This document shows, in pieces, positions 31,357-42,167 of a stretch of DNA of 64,000 nucleotides. This stretch comes from a virus: the IMG/VR virus record IMGVR_UViG_3300033146_001382, positions 96,001 to 160,000 of that record; one strand, written 5' to 3'. The position numbers were made by a program, and so were the translations under genes. Each line of letters starts with the position of its first letter. Positions within the stretch are counted from its first letter, which is position 1. Below the pieces are notes generated by a model, which worked only from the letters and a program-made list of their open reading frames with translations, searched no databases and had not been told where the DNA came from.

Positions 31357-33390
31357 ATGGAAGCAACTTTTAGTAGTAATAATTCATTTAAGGTTGTAGA
31401 TAATAGAACTGATGAGTTTTTACCCAATAGACGAATTAAATTAGATTGTGGTATTGATGGTATAAGGTATTCTTTAATTATTTCTTCTGTATTTACACTA
31501 GTTTCTAATGATACTTTAGTTGTTATAGAAGAATCAGTTGTGACGCCTAATATTTTGGAAGTATGGTATAGTGTGGTAAAACCAGGTATAAAAGGTAATT
31601 TGCCAGTGCACTACCATTCATCTATAGAAGGTGATGGAGGTTTTATAGAGCCTTCACCAGTTACTTTTATAGATTTAACAGATACTCCTTCTACCTATTC
31701 TGGAACAGGAGGTATGGTACTTACATCTACAGGATCTGGTACTGTATGGACTAATTCAGATGGTACTACCTCTTCTTTTATAGATTTAACAGATACTCCT
31801 TCTACCTATTCTGGAACAGGAGGTATGGTACTTACATCTACAGGATCTGGAATTAGTTGGGCATCAGGCAGTGAAGGTTCATCTTGGCATTATGGAGATG
31901 GTATCCCATTAACATCACTAGGTGATATGAATGATTTCTATATTGATAACGCCAGTGATACTAAGAATTATTACCATAAAGTACCTGGCTCTAATATCAG
32001 TGTATTGATTATTTCAGATAAAACTCATTATGCCAATAATGTTTATGGGTCACCTGCAAACCTTATTGATGGTAATTTATCAACCTATTGCCAAAATATG
32101 TCGTATTTAGCTATTGATTTAGGGAGTACTGGTGCTACTGTTGTGACTAAAATTCAAGTAGCAGTGCATAGTGCTTTAGCTGATTTTACATTTGTTGATG
32201 CCTCTCCTACTTTTCAAGGATCTAATGATTCTACTAATGGGGGTAATGGGCTTTGGACAACATTAATTACAATAGATGCTACTTTACAAGGGGTACCAGA
32301 TTCATATCCAGGTTTTGGGAATGAGATTACTATTGATAATAGTACTAGTTATAGATGGTATAGATTAAATGGATTAACTAAAACAAACAACACTGTATTA
32401 AATGAATGGAAACTTTGGGAGCGCGCAGGAGTTGAATGGACCTTTGTAGACCAGTTCAATGAGACGCTCACTAGTGGTACTAGTAGTTCTACATTTGTAG
32501 ATTTAATAGATACCCCCTCTACTTATTCTGGTACAGCAGAATTATTTCTTAGCTCTACAGGGTCTGGGACTCAATGGTCTTCTACATTTAATATGTTGTA
32601 TGGAGAGGGGACACCTTTCTATTTAAGTCCTTCAATTACTACTAGTTACACTGATACTGATACTGGGGATGTTTATTCTACTGAGGGGGGGACTACTTCA
32701 TATCATACCTCTTATGTTGGATCATCTACTAATAAAGAACAAGTATCCGCTTCATCTGTATATTCCTCTTCTTATCCCCCTGAATTAGTTTTTGATGCAG
32801 TAGATACATTATATTGGATTTCTTCTTCCTCTAATGGTCCTAATGTGAATGGGTCTTGTTGGCTTCAATGGGATTTTGAAGAGCCAAAAGCTATTTTTAA
32901 TTTTAGAATGCGACGCCGACCCGACGGCGGTTCAGAAAATTTTCCCGCAATTATGCAAGCGTATTCTAGTGCTACAGGTAGTTTTTCGGGTGAAGAGGTT
33001 TTGGTTAAAGAAGTCACTAATAATGATGTAGCAATAGGGGAATGGGCAGACTGGAATGCATTAGAAATGTCTTCTCCATTTAGGTACTTACGTATAGAAA
33101 TTCATTCTATGTATTTAAGTGGTAATTCAGCTACTTGGGTAGCAGTTAGGGAAGTGGAATTTAGTGAAACTATTATTATAGGTAATAATGGATGGTCCTC
33201 AGTATATGATAATAGTAAATCTTTTTTGGACCTAGTGGATACACCTACTACCTACTCAGGAGGTCAGTATTTAAGAACAACTTCCTCTGGTATAGAAGCA
33301 GTAGATGGTATAATTATGAAGTCACCTAATAACTCTGAATGGTTGATACAGGTTACCAACTCAGGGACCTTATATACTACATCTATGTAA
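31357..33390 (+). CDS. Tail-fibre-like protein with F.DL.DTP.TYSG repeats and two F5/8-like domains
   Basis: 677 aa. Four FxDLxDTPxTYSG units flank two discoidin-like modules (NLIDGN..TY...AIDLG; VFD....YW.S...WLQWDF.EP). Confidence 0.7.
   Translation: MEATFSSNNSFKVVDNRTDEFLPNRRIKLDCGIDGIRYSLIISSVFTLVSNDTLVVIEESVVTPNILEVWYSVVKPGIKGNLPVHYHSSIEGDGGFIEPSPVTFIDLTDTPSTYSGTGGMVLTSTGSGTVWTNSDGTTSSFIDLTDTPSTYSGTGGMVLTSTGSGISWASGSEGSSWHYGDGIPLTSLGDMNDFYIDNASDTKNYYHKVPGSNISVLIISDKTHYANNVYGSPANLIDGNLSTYCQNMSYLAIDLGSTGATVVTKIQVAVHSALADFTFVDASPTFQGSNDSTNGGNGLWTTLITIDATLQGVPDSYPGFGNEITIDNSTSYRWYRLNGLTKTNNTVLNEWKLWERAGVEWTFVDQFNETLTSGTSSSTFVDLIDTPSTYSGTAELFLSSTGSGTQWSSTFNMLYGEGTPFYLSPSITTSYTDTDTGDVYSTEGGTTSYHTSYVGSSTNKEQVSASSVYSSSYPPELVFDAVDTLYWISSSSNGPNVNGSCWLQWDFEEPKAIFNFRMRRRPDGGSENFPAIMQAYSSATGSFSGEEVLVKEVTNNDVAIGEWADWNALEMSSPFRYLRIEIHSMYLSGNSATWVAVREVEFSETIIIGNNGWSSVYDNSKSFLDLVDTPTTYSGGQYLRTTSSGIEAVDGIIMKSPNNSEWLIQVTNSGTLYTTSM
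31664..31850 (+). repeat. Exact 76-bp direct repeat, period 111 bp (31664-31739 and 31775-31850)
   Basis: Both copies read CTTTTATAGATTTAACAGATACTCC...CATCTACAGGATCTGG identically. Diverged copies lie near 32494 and 33221. Confidence 0.95.
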
Positions 33391-33449
33391 TAAAGTATCC
33401 TCTATATTAACAGAACTATATATTTAAATTTACAACGGGAGAGTACTTT

Positions 33450-36400
33450 ATGGCCATTTTTGTTAAATCAGTTGAGTACGTGGAGATTAATGTTCTTAGT
33501 ACTGAATTAACTGTTAGTAGTAGTTTAACTAAGGGGCAGGATTATAGAAATTGTGTTCCTTTTATGACATCTCATTCTAGTAATGACTATATGGATAGTA
33601 AGTTATTTGATATGTTCTTTTCTGGTACCTATCTTAATGGTATTATTAATTTTAGTAGAATGAACTTAAGATCAACTACTGCTACCATTAAATGTTATGT
33701 AGTTGAATTTTATTCTACGGAGGTACGAGTACAGCAAGGTACATTTAATAATAGTACAGCAACAACAGACACTGTTACAATCTCTACTACGGTAGATAGC
33801 ACTAAAACTGGTTTTACTTTTGGTTGGAAGAATTCATCAACTTCATTATCTTGGAATTCTCTAGTTGTACGAGGTACCATTAATGACACTTCTATAATAT
33901 TTTATAGAAATAACACAACCGGTAATTGTTCTGGTCATTGGTTTCTCTTTGAAGATTTAAATAATAATTTTAATGTAACGCATATCTCATCTTCTTATAC
34001 TACAGCATCTCAATCTGTTACTATAGATGATGGTAGGTGTGTAGACCCTTTAAGAACTTTTATACTAAGTTCATACACTACAAATAATAGTAATGATGAC
34101 TCCAATAGACAATCTATGAGAGTCATGTTATACACTAATGGGTCTCTTCGTGCTAATAAATATAATACGTCTTATGCAACTATGTTTTGGAGTGCGCAAG
34201 TAATAGAATTTTTAGATCAGGAGAAAGTATATGTACCTTTTGACCACTTTCTTTGGAACTCTATTACTACGCCTATAGTAAGGAGTGTGGGTAATGACAC
34301 AAATAGAGTACCATTTTCATGTAATATGGCTTATAGTATGGCCTGCTCCGCTATGGTGCAAGGAATTAGTAGAGTAGATGGCAGTACTCCAGCAGATGTA
34401 GATGAGTGCTTTATGTCAGTAGAGTTAACTGATGCTAATACTATTACACATACTAAATCGGCAGCGTCATATACTGTTTATCCTTCTATGTCTTTTGCTG
34501 TTGATTGGCGAGGTATTTCTGTAGATATAGGCACTAATAGTTCCACGATACCTGAAGGTGTAGGCTCCGGCGAGTCCTTTGTAAAATCTGTTGAAAATTT
34601 TAGGTTTGATTTATATGATTTTTTTGGTGCAAAAGTACTAAGTAAAGGGCAGAACTGGCAAAATTGTGTTGTATTTGCATCTACTAGAGGAACAGGTACG
34701 GATACTCCTGTGAGTAATACTGCAAATGTCTATTTAGTGTCCCCAGGGATAGTGTGCTTTCGATCATGGACTGCCAGTAATAGAGTTATAGATGTTAGTG
34801 TAGTAGAATTTTGGCCTAATCAGGTTAAGGTACAACATCAAACCAGACACACTCAACGTATTAACACAACTACTACTACTATTGAACCAGTATCTGATCT
34901 TAATAAATGTTTTTTAACTTCTAAGATTGGACTTGCCACTACATCTACCATTGGGAATAAAATAACCGCACGTACTAGGCTTACAGCTGTAGATACAGTG
35001 GAGTTTTACTTAAACAGTGGTGGTGCAGCTACGGATATTTCTTTCTTTGTCGTGGAAGATTTACAAGATAATTTTGATACAAGGCATTTTTTAGGATCAT
35101 TCTCTACTCAAACTTATTCTAACTATGATGACTCTTTTAATTGGGATACGGAAAATACATTTATTTTAAGTTCGTATGCAAATAGTGGAGGTAATGATGA
35201 CTGCGATAGAAATTATATAAGATCTTATTATGTTAATGAGCACCGTCCATTTTACACTGATAAACAAAATACAACGTACCCTATTGTTTATATAGCATCT
35301 ACAATAGTTAAATTTAAGAAAAAAGGGAAACATGTAAAGCACATTAACACGAGTTTTTCTGCAGCAGTACATACAGGTGAATACTCTGCTACTACTTCGG
35401 GACATGAAAATGCATTAACTTGTTTTAATAATGTGCAGTCTAGCTGTATACGATGTAATACTAATAGTGCTAACGGTATCTCTGATTCATTTGCTACTAT
35501 TAGAATAACTGATTATGTCGCTAGAAGGTGGGAGACATCTAAAGCTGCTCATTCTTATTCTTCATGGGGTTCGTTTACATTAATAGATTGGATTGGCGCT
35601 GATTATCAGACTGATAATAATATACCAGCGGCTACCTCAACACGTTCTGTTATTAAATCAGTTCAAACAGATTTTTATGATGGTACTAGTAGTTACTTAT
35701 CAATACCATTAACTAAAGGACAAGATATTAAACAGTGTGTACCTTTTCTTTCTAATTCATGTTCATCTAGTAATTTTGATGTTAATAGATTTTATAAGGC
35801 TATTTACAGGTACGACTCCCCAGATCATTTTAGTGTAAGATATGGGGCAAGTGCTTCTTCTAATAGAAAAGTTACTACTTATTTTGTTGAGTTTGGTGAT
35901 AATATAAGAGTACAGTACGGAAGTGGATACAGTACAGATCACACAAAGACTTTTATTATAGACGAAGTCTTATTAGATAGAGCTTTCCTAGTTTTTTATG
36001 CTTATGGTGATTCTGGTGAGAATTTTATAAGAACTCATGCGGTGTGTGGGCTCATCCGCAGTTCTACTACGTTAGAATTTATTAGAGCTTATGATGGTGG
36101 ATCTATGTTTATAAGTTGGTATGTGGTGGAATGTCCAGATGATGATAGTTATTGGAAAGTCCAACATGCTTATGAAACTGCCAAGGGCGGAGCTGCCTCA
36201 GTTAATGTAACTATACCTGGTAAGGTTGACCCAGCTAGGACTTTGTTTTTAGCTTCTTGGGCAACAACAGCCGCTAATGATTATCCTAGTAGAAATACCT
36301 ATAGGATGTATTTTAATTTAAATAATAAGGTTTATTTTAATAAATATGATTCAACATATTATAATATGAATAATGTTAATGTAGAAGCAGTTGAGTTTTC

Positions 36401-37013
36401 AAAGGGGTTGTATTCTAAGGGATTTAAAGCCCATTCAGATGACGTTTCATTGACTACTACTGATACAGTTGAAAAAAGTCTTAGAGGAAATAGTTTTGAT
36501 TTTTCTAGATCTATGGTTATTAGTGGAAATCAACAAAATGAGGGTAAGGTGGACGTCAATGCCGAACAAGGCTTTGATGAGGGCTACCATCATTATTCTT
36601 TTAAAAATCCTACCACAATAACAGCGTTAAAATCAGGTGGTACATCTTATACTACTTCCAGTTATTTTTTTGCATATCAGTGGCCTGAATATAATAAATA
36701 TTATATGGAAGGTACTGTTGTAGAGTCTAGGGAACAGTCGTATTTACCAGTAGATAGAGAAGTATGCGCGTATAGAGCTCTTACTGGTGAATTAGTAGAC
36801 AGAACTACTTCGTCCGGAGGGTATTTTTTTGTAGAATCACCTTATGCTGACGAGCATTACATAGTATGTAGAGATGATATAGCTGGCACTGATTATAATG
36901 ATTTGATTTATAGTAGGATACAACCTGCTGTAATTTCTGGGACTTTCGCGTATAATGAGGGTTTAGTAACTTTATCAGGTATGGATATTGGTATACCTCT
37001 TGGGAGATTATAG
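33450..37013 (+). CDS. Putative receptor-binding protein: three ~360-aa repeats of H-lectin-like modules plus C-terminal adapter domain
   Basis: 1187 aa. Repeats start FVKSVE (33459), FVKSVE (34578) and VIKSVQ (35649), each with L(T/S)KGQ...CV. C-terminal YNDLIYSRIQP. Confidence 0.65.
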   Translation: MAIFVKSVEYVEINVLSTELTVSSSLTKGQDYRNCVPFMTSHSSNDYMDSKLFDMFFSGTYLNGIINFSRMNLRSTTATIKCYVVEFYSTEVRVQQGTFNNSTATTDTVTISTTVDSTKTGFTFGWKNSSTSLSWNSLVVRGTINDTSIIFYRNNTTGNCSGHWFLFEDLNNNFNVTHISSSYTTASQSVTIDDGRCVDPLRTFILSSYTTNNSNDDSNRQSMRVMLYTNGSLRANKYNTSYATMFWSAQVIEFLDQEKVYVPFDHFLWNSITTPIVRSVGNDTNRVPFSCNMAYSMACSAMVQGISRVDGSTPADVDECFMSVELTDANTITHTKSAASYTVYPSMSFAVDWRGISVDIGTNSSTIPEGVGSGESFVKSVENFRFDLYDFFGAKVLSKGQNWQNCVVFASTRGTGTDTPVSNTANVYLVSPGIVCFRSWTASNRVIDVSVVEFWPNQVKVQHQTRHTQRINTTTTTIEPVSDLNKCFLTSKIGLATTSTIGNKITARTRLTAVDTVEFYLNSGGAATDISFFVVEDLQDNFDTRHFLGSFSTQTYSNYDDSFNWDTENTFILSSYANSGGNDDCDRNYIRSYYVNEHRPFYTDKQNTTYPIVYIASTIVKFKKKGKHVKHINTSFSAAVHTGEYSATTSGHENALTCFNNVQSSCIRCNTNSANGISDSFATIRITDYVARRWETSKAAHSYSSWGSFTLIDWIGADYQTDNNIPAATSTRSVIKSVQTDFYDGTSSYLSIPLTKGQDIKQCVPFLSNSCSSSNFDVNRFYKAIYRYDSPDHFSVRYGASASSNRKVTTYFVEFGDNIRVQYGSGYSTDHTKTFIIDEVLLDRAFLVFYAYGDSGENFIRTHAVCGLIRSSTTLEFIRAYDGGSMFISWYVVECPDDDSYWKVQHAYETAKGGAASVNVTIPGKVDPARTLFLASWATTAANDYPSRNTYRMYFNLNNKVYFNKYDSTYYNMNNVNVEAVEFSKGLYSKGFKAHSDDVSLTTTDTVEKSLRGNSFDFSRSMVISGNQQNEGKVDVNAEQGFDEGYHHYSFKNPTTITALKSGGTSYTTSSYFFAYQWPEYNKYYMEGTVVESREQSYLPVDREVCAYRALTGELVDRTTSSGGYFFVESPYADEHYIVCRDDIAGTDYNDLIYSRIQPAVISGTFAYNEGLVTLSGMDIGIPLGRL

Positions 37014-37016
37014 TAT

Positions 37017-37994
37017 ATGGCTGATTTATACTCTTGGGTAGATTCCTCTGGATATTCCTGGTCTGATGAGCCTTATATCCAATGGGCTATTTTAACTGGT
37101 ACTACACTTAATCAAGTTTGGCAGGATGCTGACTATGCATATTTAGCTACGTCTAAGGGGTTAGACATTATATCTATGGAGCTAGTAGAGAAGGTAGCTT
37201 ACATTCCATGGCATACAGGGTTTTCTACTGTATGGGCCTCTGATGATATTGTCTATTTAGGAACTAATACTGGTGTTAAGTATTTAAGTAAGTCTTCTAT
37301 TTTAGAAGATGGTTCTGATCCTATAAATCTAATACCATTTTTAAATACTTATACTTACTTCAATCCTACGTCGGAAAATATAAATTATATTCATGGGTAC
37401 TCAAATAAACTTTCAATTGTAACTACTTCAGGTATGGATTTAGTAGATAACACTTCTAATGGATTTAAAAGTTCTACTTTAAATTCTAATATCCATAAAT
37501 GTTTTTCTACAGCTGCTAGATCGGTATATTACACTGTAAATGGCTCAGGTACTAATGGTATATTTAAAATTAATTCTTATCTATTTGATTGGGTAACTCC
37601 AGATGTAAGTTATATAACTGGAGATTCATTTTTACCTCCAGTAACCATCACTGATTTATTTGTAACTTTAGGTACTGCGAGTAGTGGGGTAGGAGATACT
37701 TTATTTGTGGCCACCTCTTCAGGAGTATATGTATTTGATGAAGATTCAGGACAAGCTACTCATTATACTAACACTTTAGCTGGAACATCTGTAGGTATAG
37801 TGGGTATTTGGGCTGATGTAACTTCAAGTAGTAATTCAGGTAAAATGTATATAGTTTCTAGTGGAGTTGGGGCTGCATTTTCTATTTATGACCTGACTTC
37901 TGATAGCTTATTAGATAAGTACACGCTTACTGAGAAAGGTAGCTCAGGACAAGTTCTACTATCTGAAGATATAATTGATATAGGGGGTAATTAA
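37017..37994 (+). CDS. Beta-propeller-like structural protein
   Basis: 325 aa with repeated blade motifs YLATSKGL, YLGTNTGV, IVTTSGM and FVATSSGV. Confidence 0.6.
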   Translation: MADLYSWVDSSGYSWSDEPYIQWAILTGTTLNQVWQDADYAYLATSKGLDIISMELVEKVAYIPWHTGFSTVWASDDIVYLGTNTGVKYLSKSSILEDGSDPINLIPFLNTYTYFNPTSENINYIHGYSNKLSIVTTSGMDLVDNTSNGFKSSTLNSNIHKCFSTAARSVYYTVNGSGTNGIFKINSYLFDWVTPDVSYITGDSFLPPVTITDLFVTLGTASSGVGDTLFVATSSGVYVFDEDSGQATHYTNTLAGTSVGIVGIWADVTSSSNSGKMYIVSSGVGAAFSIYDLTSDSLLDKYTLTEKGSSGQVLLSEDIIDIGGN

Positions 37995-40201
37995 TGCCTC
38001 CCTTTATTCCATCAAATTTTAAAGACATCCACTTTAAGTTTGATACTGGCGGATATGTACCACCAAATTTTAATAGTATTAATTTTAAATTTGCTCCTAA
38101 TTTGGCATGGGCATCACTCAAAAATGTAATTACTGGTATTCCTCATAGTGTACAGCCTAATGATTATCTAAAAGGATGCGATACTAATATAGTTGGATAC
38201 TCAGATGGTAACGCTCAAGTTTTTAAGGGTAATTGTGTATATGGAGGTATTAGAGATTTACAGTTAACTATTCGTACTACTAATTTTAGAAATTTATCTG
38301 CGTATATAAAGACAACTCAAGTAGTTTATTCTGATTTAAGTAATAATGTTAGAGTGTGGGATAGACAAGAAATAGATGATATTTCTTTAGTAATAAAAGG
38401 TAGAGTAGAACAGTCTACTGATTTGTTTGTTTATTTAAAGCAGGGTTTAAAAGCACAAAAAGATTTAATAGAACATCTAAAGGTGTTTAAGTCACAACAA
38501 ATGTATTTAAATGAGATTATAAAGGGTAGGGATACAAGTGTACCTAAAGATCTTTTTAATACTATAAGAGTGTATAGATTTGGGGATAGTGATATATCAG
38601 AATATGTTAAAGTTACCTCTAAAACTTCGGTAGATTTAGGGACAGTAGTGTATAAGATTTGGCAGCATAATAATAGAAATATTAATTTAATGTTGCATAG
38701 TTGGCAAGTAGCTGATTTATACTATAGTATTCATTCTTGGCATATTGAAAATTTAAATATAGCCATACGAGCTATTTATTTTAATAATATAGGTGCTTTT
38801 TTGTATGCTATACAACCAGTAGATATAAAGGGTGACATTATAGGATGGGATATTAGAGATTTATTTATATCTATATCAGAAGGTAGATATGGAGGCGATC
38901 TACCTATAAATATTTATGGTATTAATTCTACTAATTTACATATAGGTATAATAGGTAAGATCGGTATAAATGTTATTAAAGATCTGAGATGTTTTACTAC
39001 TAATTTAGTTGAGGAGGATCTTCCTGCTTATCTAAATACTATTGAATATTATGATTTAAAAGCTTATTTATTATCTTCTAGACTTACGTCAGATTTAGGG
39101 GTTGAAATATTTCCAAAAATTGTATTTGTTAGACATAATATAAATATATCTTTTTTAGAACATAGAGATTTAGCAGCAGCCATAAATTACACCTGTGTAA
39201 GTTCTACTTTTAGGGAGTTGCGTTGTAATTTACTAGTAAAATATAAACTAGATCTTCCTTGTTATGTTTTTGGTAGTGATGGTAGTAATGTTATAGATTT
39301 AAAGGTTCTTATTAATTCGTATGACTATATCTCACAAAATATGTTAGAGGTATTATACGTTAATTTAAATCCAAATACAAAGTTAAATGTTAATTACACT
39401 AAGTCTGCTATATATCACATAGATACTATAGATATTTACAGTAGTACTATAAATAAAGGATATTCTAATTTTAGTTATAATATTATCGGCGATATGTTAT
39501 ACGAAAATTTATTAGTAAAAATACATCCATATTCTAATAGGCATTACGGCACTCGTGTGAAGCAGAAGTTTGTTACATTGAAGTTGAAGGATAACATAGA
39601 GGACTTTAGAAAATATGTAGAAATTACATTTAATTCTTACGCTAGTAAATATTATTATTTTTCTGGTAATCAAAAAGCTTATAAAGCTTTTCATAATGAC
39701 CATTGGGTAGTAAAGGTGGAAGGGCATAAAATTTTACCTGTAGGGAGAGGGTATGAAAAAACACAAGTAAGTAGAAAGTATATTTTTAATTTAAGGCACT
39801 ATGATTCTATAGATGCTGCTATAACTGATATGATAGATAGAGTTACACAGTTAAAATATCTAGATTTAGGGGTAGGTATAACACCTATAGCTGGCCCACA
39901 TAAGGATTTAAATGCTTGTGTAATGCCTACTGATTTAAATGGTATAGTTTCACGTGTTAGGTACTATACTAATAGAGTATTATTAGGGTCTATTTTAGTA
40001 ACTAGACCACAAAAAGAAGATTTAATTTCTTCTATTACATCCATGTATCCTAAGGGAGAAAGTAACTTAGAAATAAATATTACAGCCAAAGAGTATGTAG
40101 GATCGAATACTGGTGCCGTTAATTTTAATTTTGAAGGCTCAGGCGATATCTTACCAGAACCAGATCAAATTGATTTTACATTTATATTGGAGGATGACTA
40201 A
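37994..40201 (+). CDS. Structural protein with ~13-16 aa DL.xxI repeats (solenoid/fibre-like)
   Basis: 735 aa with more than 15 units such as RDLQLTIRT, KDLFNTIRV and GDLPINIYG. Terminal PP.F..I.F.F motifs. Confidence 0.6.
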   Translation: MPPFIPSNFKDIHFKFDTGGYVPPNFNSINFKFAPNLAWASLKNVITGIPHSVQPNDYLKGCDTNIVGYSDGNAQVFKGNCVYGGIRDLQLTIRTTNFRNLSAYIKTTQVVYSDLSNNVRVWDRQEIDDISLVIKGRVEQSTDLFVYLKQGLKAQKDLIEHLKVFKSQQMYLNEIIKGRDTSVPKDLFNTIRVYRFGDSDISEYVKVTSKTSVDLGTVVYKIWQHNNRNINLMLHSWQVADLYYSIHSWHIENLNIAIRAIYFNNIGAFLYAIQPVDIKGDIIGWDIRDLFISISEGRYGGDLPINIYGINSTNLHIGIIGKIGINVIKDLRCFTTNLVEEDLPAYLNTIEYYDLKAYLLSSRLTSDLGVEIFPKIVFVRHNINISFLEHRDLAAAINYTCVSSTFRELRCNLLVKYKLDLPCYVFGSDGSNVIDLKVLINSYDYISQNMLEVLYVNLNPNTKLNVNYTKSAIYHIDTIDIYSSTINKGYSNFSYNIIGDMLYENLLVKIHPYSNRHYGTRVKQKFVTLKLKDNIEDFRKYVEITFNSYASKYYYFSGNQKAYKAFHNDHWVVKVEGHKILPVGRGYEKTQVSRKYIFNLRHYDSIDAAITDMIDRVTQLKYLDLGVGITPIAGPHKDLNACVMPTDLNGIVSRVRYYTNRVLLGSILVTRPQKEDLISSITSMYPKGESNLEINITAKEYVGSNTGAVNFNFEGSGDILPEPDQIDFTFILEDD

Positions 40202-42165
40202 TGTCTGTACGTAGAGTAGGCCCAACTAGAAAATACCCAACTATTATGAAAGCTTATTATGAGGCTTATTCAGGGGATATAATTCTAATTGATGAAGGCG
40301 TATATAGTGAACAGCTTAGTGTACATCATAATAAATATGTACATTTTATTGGCAATACAAGAAAACCAGGTAATGGGAAAGTTATAATACGTCCATATAA
40401 TGAAGCTAATGGTAATTGTATAACTTTTTCTGATATTTTGGTGAGTACGCCTATTTATATAGAGGGAATAAATTTTAAATTACCTTTAAATAGCACCCTT
40501 CCACCAGTGGTAGCTTTAAGATGTCCCAATGTAAATTTAATTTTTAATAGATGTATAATAAATGCTTCTACTAAACATACTTATGTATTTGATTCTAATA
40601 TTGATGAGCTAGCTTCCATCACCCTTAATTATTGTAAATTGATTTGGAAGGATGATTATGTGTACGGGTTAAGTAGGGCAAAGCACTTTGAACAGGCGGG
40701 TAAAAAGGTAGAATATAAAATAAATCATTGTATTTTTAATAACTCTATTGATAATTTTGCAATAAGTGATGTAGAGAGGTATGAAGGTAATACTTATTTA
40801 AGTGAGGATAATTTTACGTACCCTAGTGTATATGGAGAGAATGAGCTATCTACTAGTAATACTACTTATCCTATAGGTGTCATAGATAATTACCAAAATA
40901 TGTTTGATATAGATATAACTCCTTCATCTTTAGCTACATGCACTCAGTTAGTGACAGGAGATATTCTAACTTTTTTTACAGATTTTGGTTTAGGTAATGA
41001 AAAGAAAATTATTTATTTTCGTTTAAATAATTATGTATATAATTCTACAGCAGATAGTGTATATTTATATGCTTCTTTAGATAATATTATATGGGTGAAA
41101 CTATATGGTTTAATACACTCTTCATACCATTGGTTTGCTTATTTAGATAATACTACATTTTATAGATACTATAAATTAGATATAGAGGCTCCGTTTGGTA
41201 GTTTGACTAGCCAATTTTTCATACAAGACTACACATTAGCATCAGCAAATACAGAGTATGCACCCTTAGATTATAAACTAACTTCAAATGAAGTAGGCTA
41301 TGGGCCATATTATGGTAGTTACCAGAAATACACATTAAATGAGTACTATTTAGATGGTACTGTTACTGATGCGCTTCAAGATAATGTTCAAGTTGATTCT
41401 ATTACTTTTGATATTAATAACAAAGGGAGAGATATAGAGCTAAGTTCAGATAATTTGACTGCCGAATTATCTACAGCTTTTTCTAGTAAATATGAAGTGG
41501 TTAAAGCTAATTTAGGTAAGTACACAGGTAAATATTATTTTGAATTTAGTGTAGTATCTTCTATTCATATTACTCACGTAGTTGTAGGTTTTGGAGTAGG
41601 CTCAGCCTCTAACGATGTGGCATGTGGTGGACGCGGGTCAATAAGTTGGGGACTAGATCTAGCATCTGGAAGGTATTTACATAATGGTGTATATGCCAGT
41701 CAAAGAAGTTCGACTATACGTAATTATGATATTATAGGGGTAGCGTTAGATTTAAATAATGGTAAGGCTTGGTTTTCTATAAATGGAGTATGGCAGCTAG
41801 ATGGTAATCCATCTTATGGAGATAATCCTATATTTGTATTTAATAACTATACTCTATTTCCTATGACTTCCCTGTATACTATAGGCATATATACCGCTAA
41901 ATCGCATATGATTTGTGATCCAGCTCATCTACAGTTTGAGATACCGGATGGGTTTACTTACTATGGAGTCAATGTTAAATGGAAGGTTAATTATTATAAT
42001 ATGATAACTAATGAGTATCTAGGGTATGTGTATACTAACGAGGATGGTACATACCATATAGACACTTCTTACTCTGGTCCACATTTATTAATTTGTGAAG
42101 ATGCTTCTACAGCACCTGTTTATAATGATTTAGTGTATAGCAATATAATACCAAAGAGGTACTAA
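40201..42165 (+). CDS. Putative receptor-binding protein with beta-helix-like N-terminus, F5/8-like module and SPRY domain
   Basis: 654 aa. N-terminal YPTI..A...AYSGDIILIDEGVYSE. SPRY signature GKYYFEF...IIGVALDLNNGKAWFSING.W. Confidence 0.7.
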   Translation: MSVRRVGPTRKYPTIMKAYYEAYSGDIILIDEGVYSEQLSVHHNKYVHFIGNTRKPGNGKVIIRPYNEANGNCITFSDILVSTPIYIEGINFKLPLNSTLPPVVALRCPNVNLIFNRCIINASTKHTYVFDSNIDELASITLNYCKLIWKDDYVYGLSRAKHFEQAGKKVEYKINHCIFNNSIDNFAISDVERYEGNTYLSEDNFTYPSVYGENELSTSNTTYPIGVIDNYQNMFDIDITPSSLATCTQLVTGDILTFFTDFGLGNEKKIIYFRLNNYVYNSTADSVYLYASLDNIIWVKLYGLIHSSYHWFAYLDNTTFYRYYKLDIEAPFGSLTSQFFIQDYTLASANTEYAPLDYKLTSNEVGYGPYYGSYQKYTLNEYYLDGTVTDALQDNVQVDSITFDINNKGRDIELSSDNLTAELSTAFSSKYEVVKANLGKYTGKYYFEFSVVSSIHITHVVVGFGVGSASNDVACGGRGSISWGLDLASGRYLHNGVYASQRSSTIRNYDIIGVALDLNNGKAWFSINGVWQLDGNPSYGDNPIFVFNNYTLFPMTSLYTIGIYTAKSHMICDPAHLQFEIPDGFTYYGVNVKWKVNYYNMITNEYLGYVYTNEDGTYHIDTSYSGPHLLICEDASTAPVYNDLVYSNIIPKRY

Positions 42166-42167
42166 TA

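Noticed and set aside
31664-31850. Possible DGR template/variable repeat pair
   Set aside because: The copies are identical, with no adenine-specific mismatches, lie in-frame within one gene, and no reverse transcriptase is in the window.
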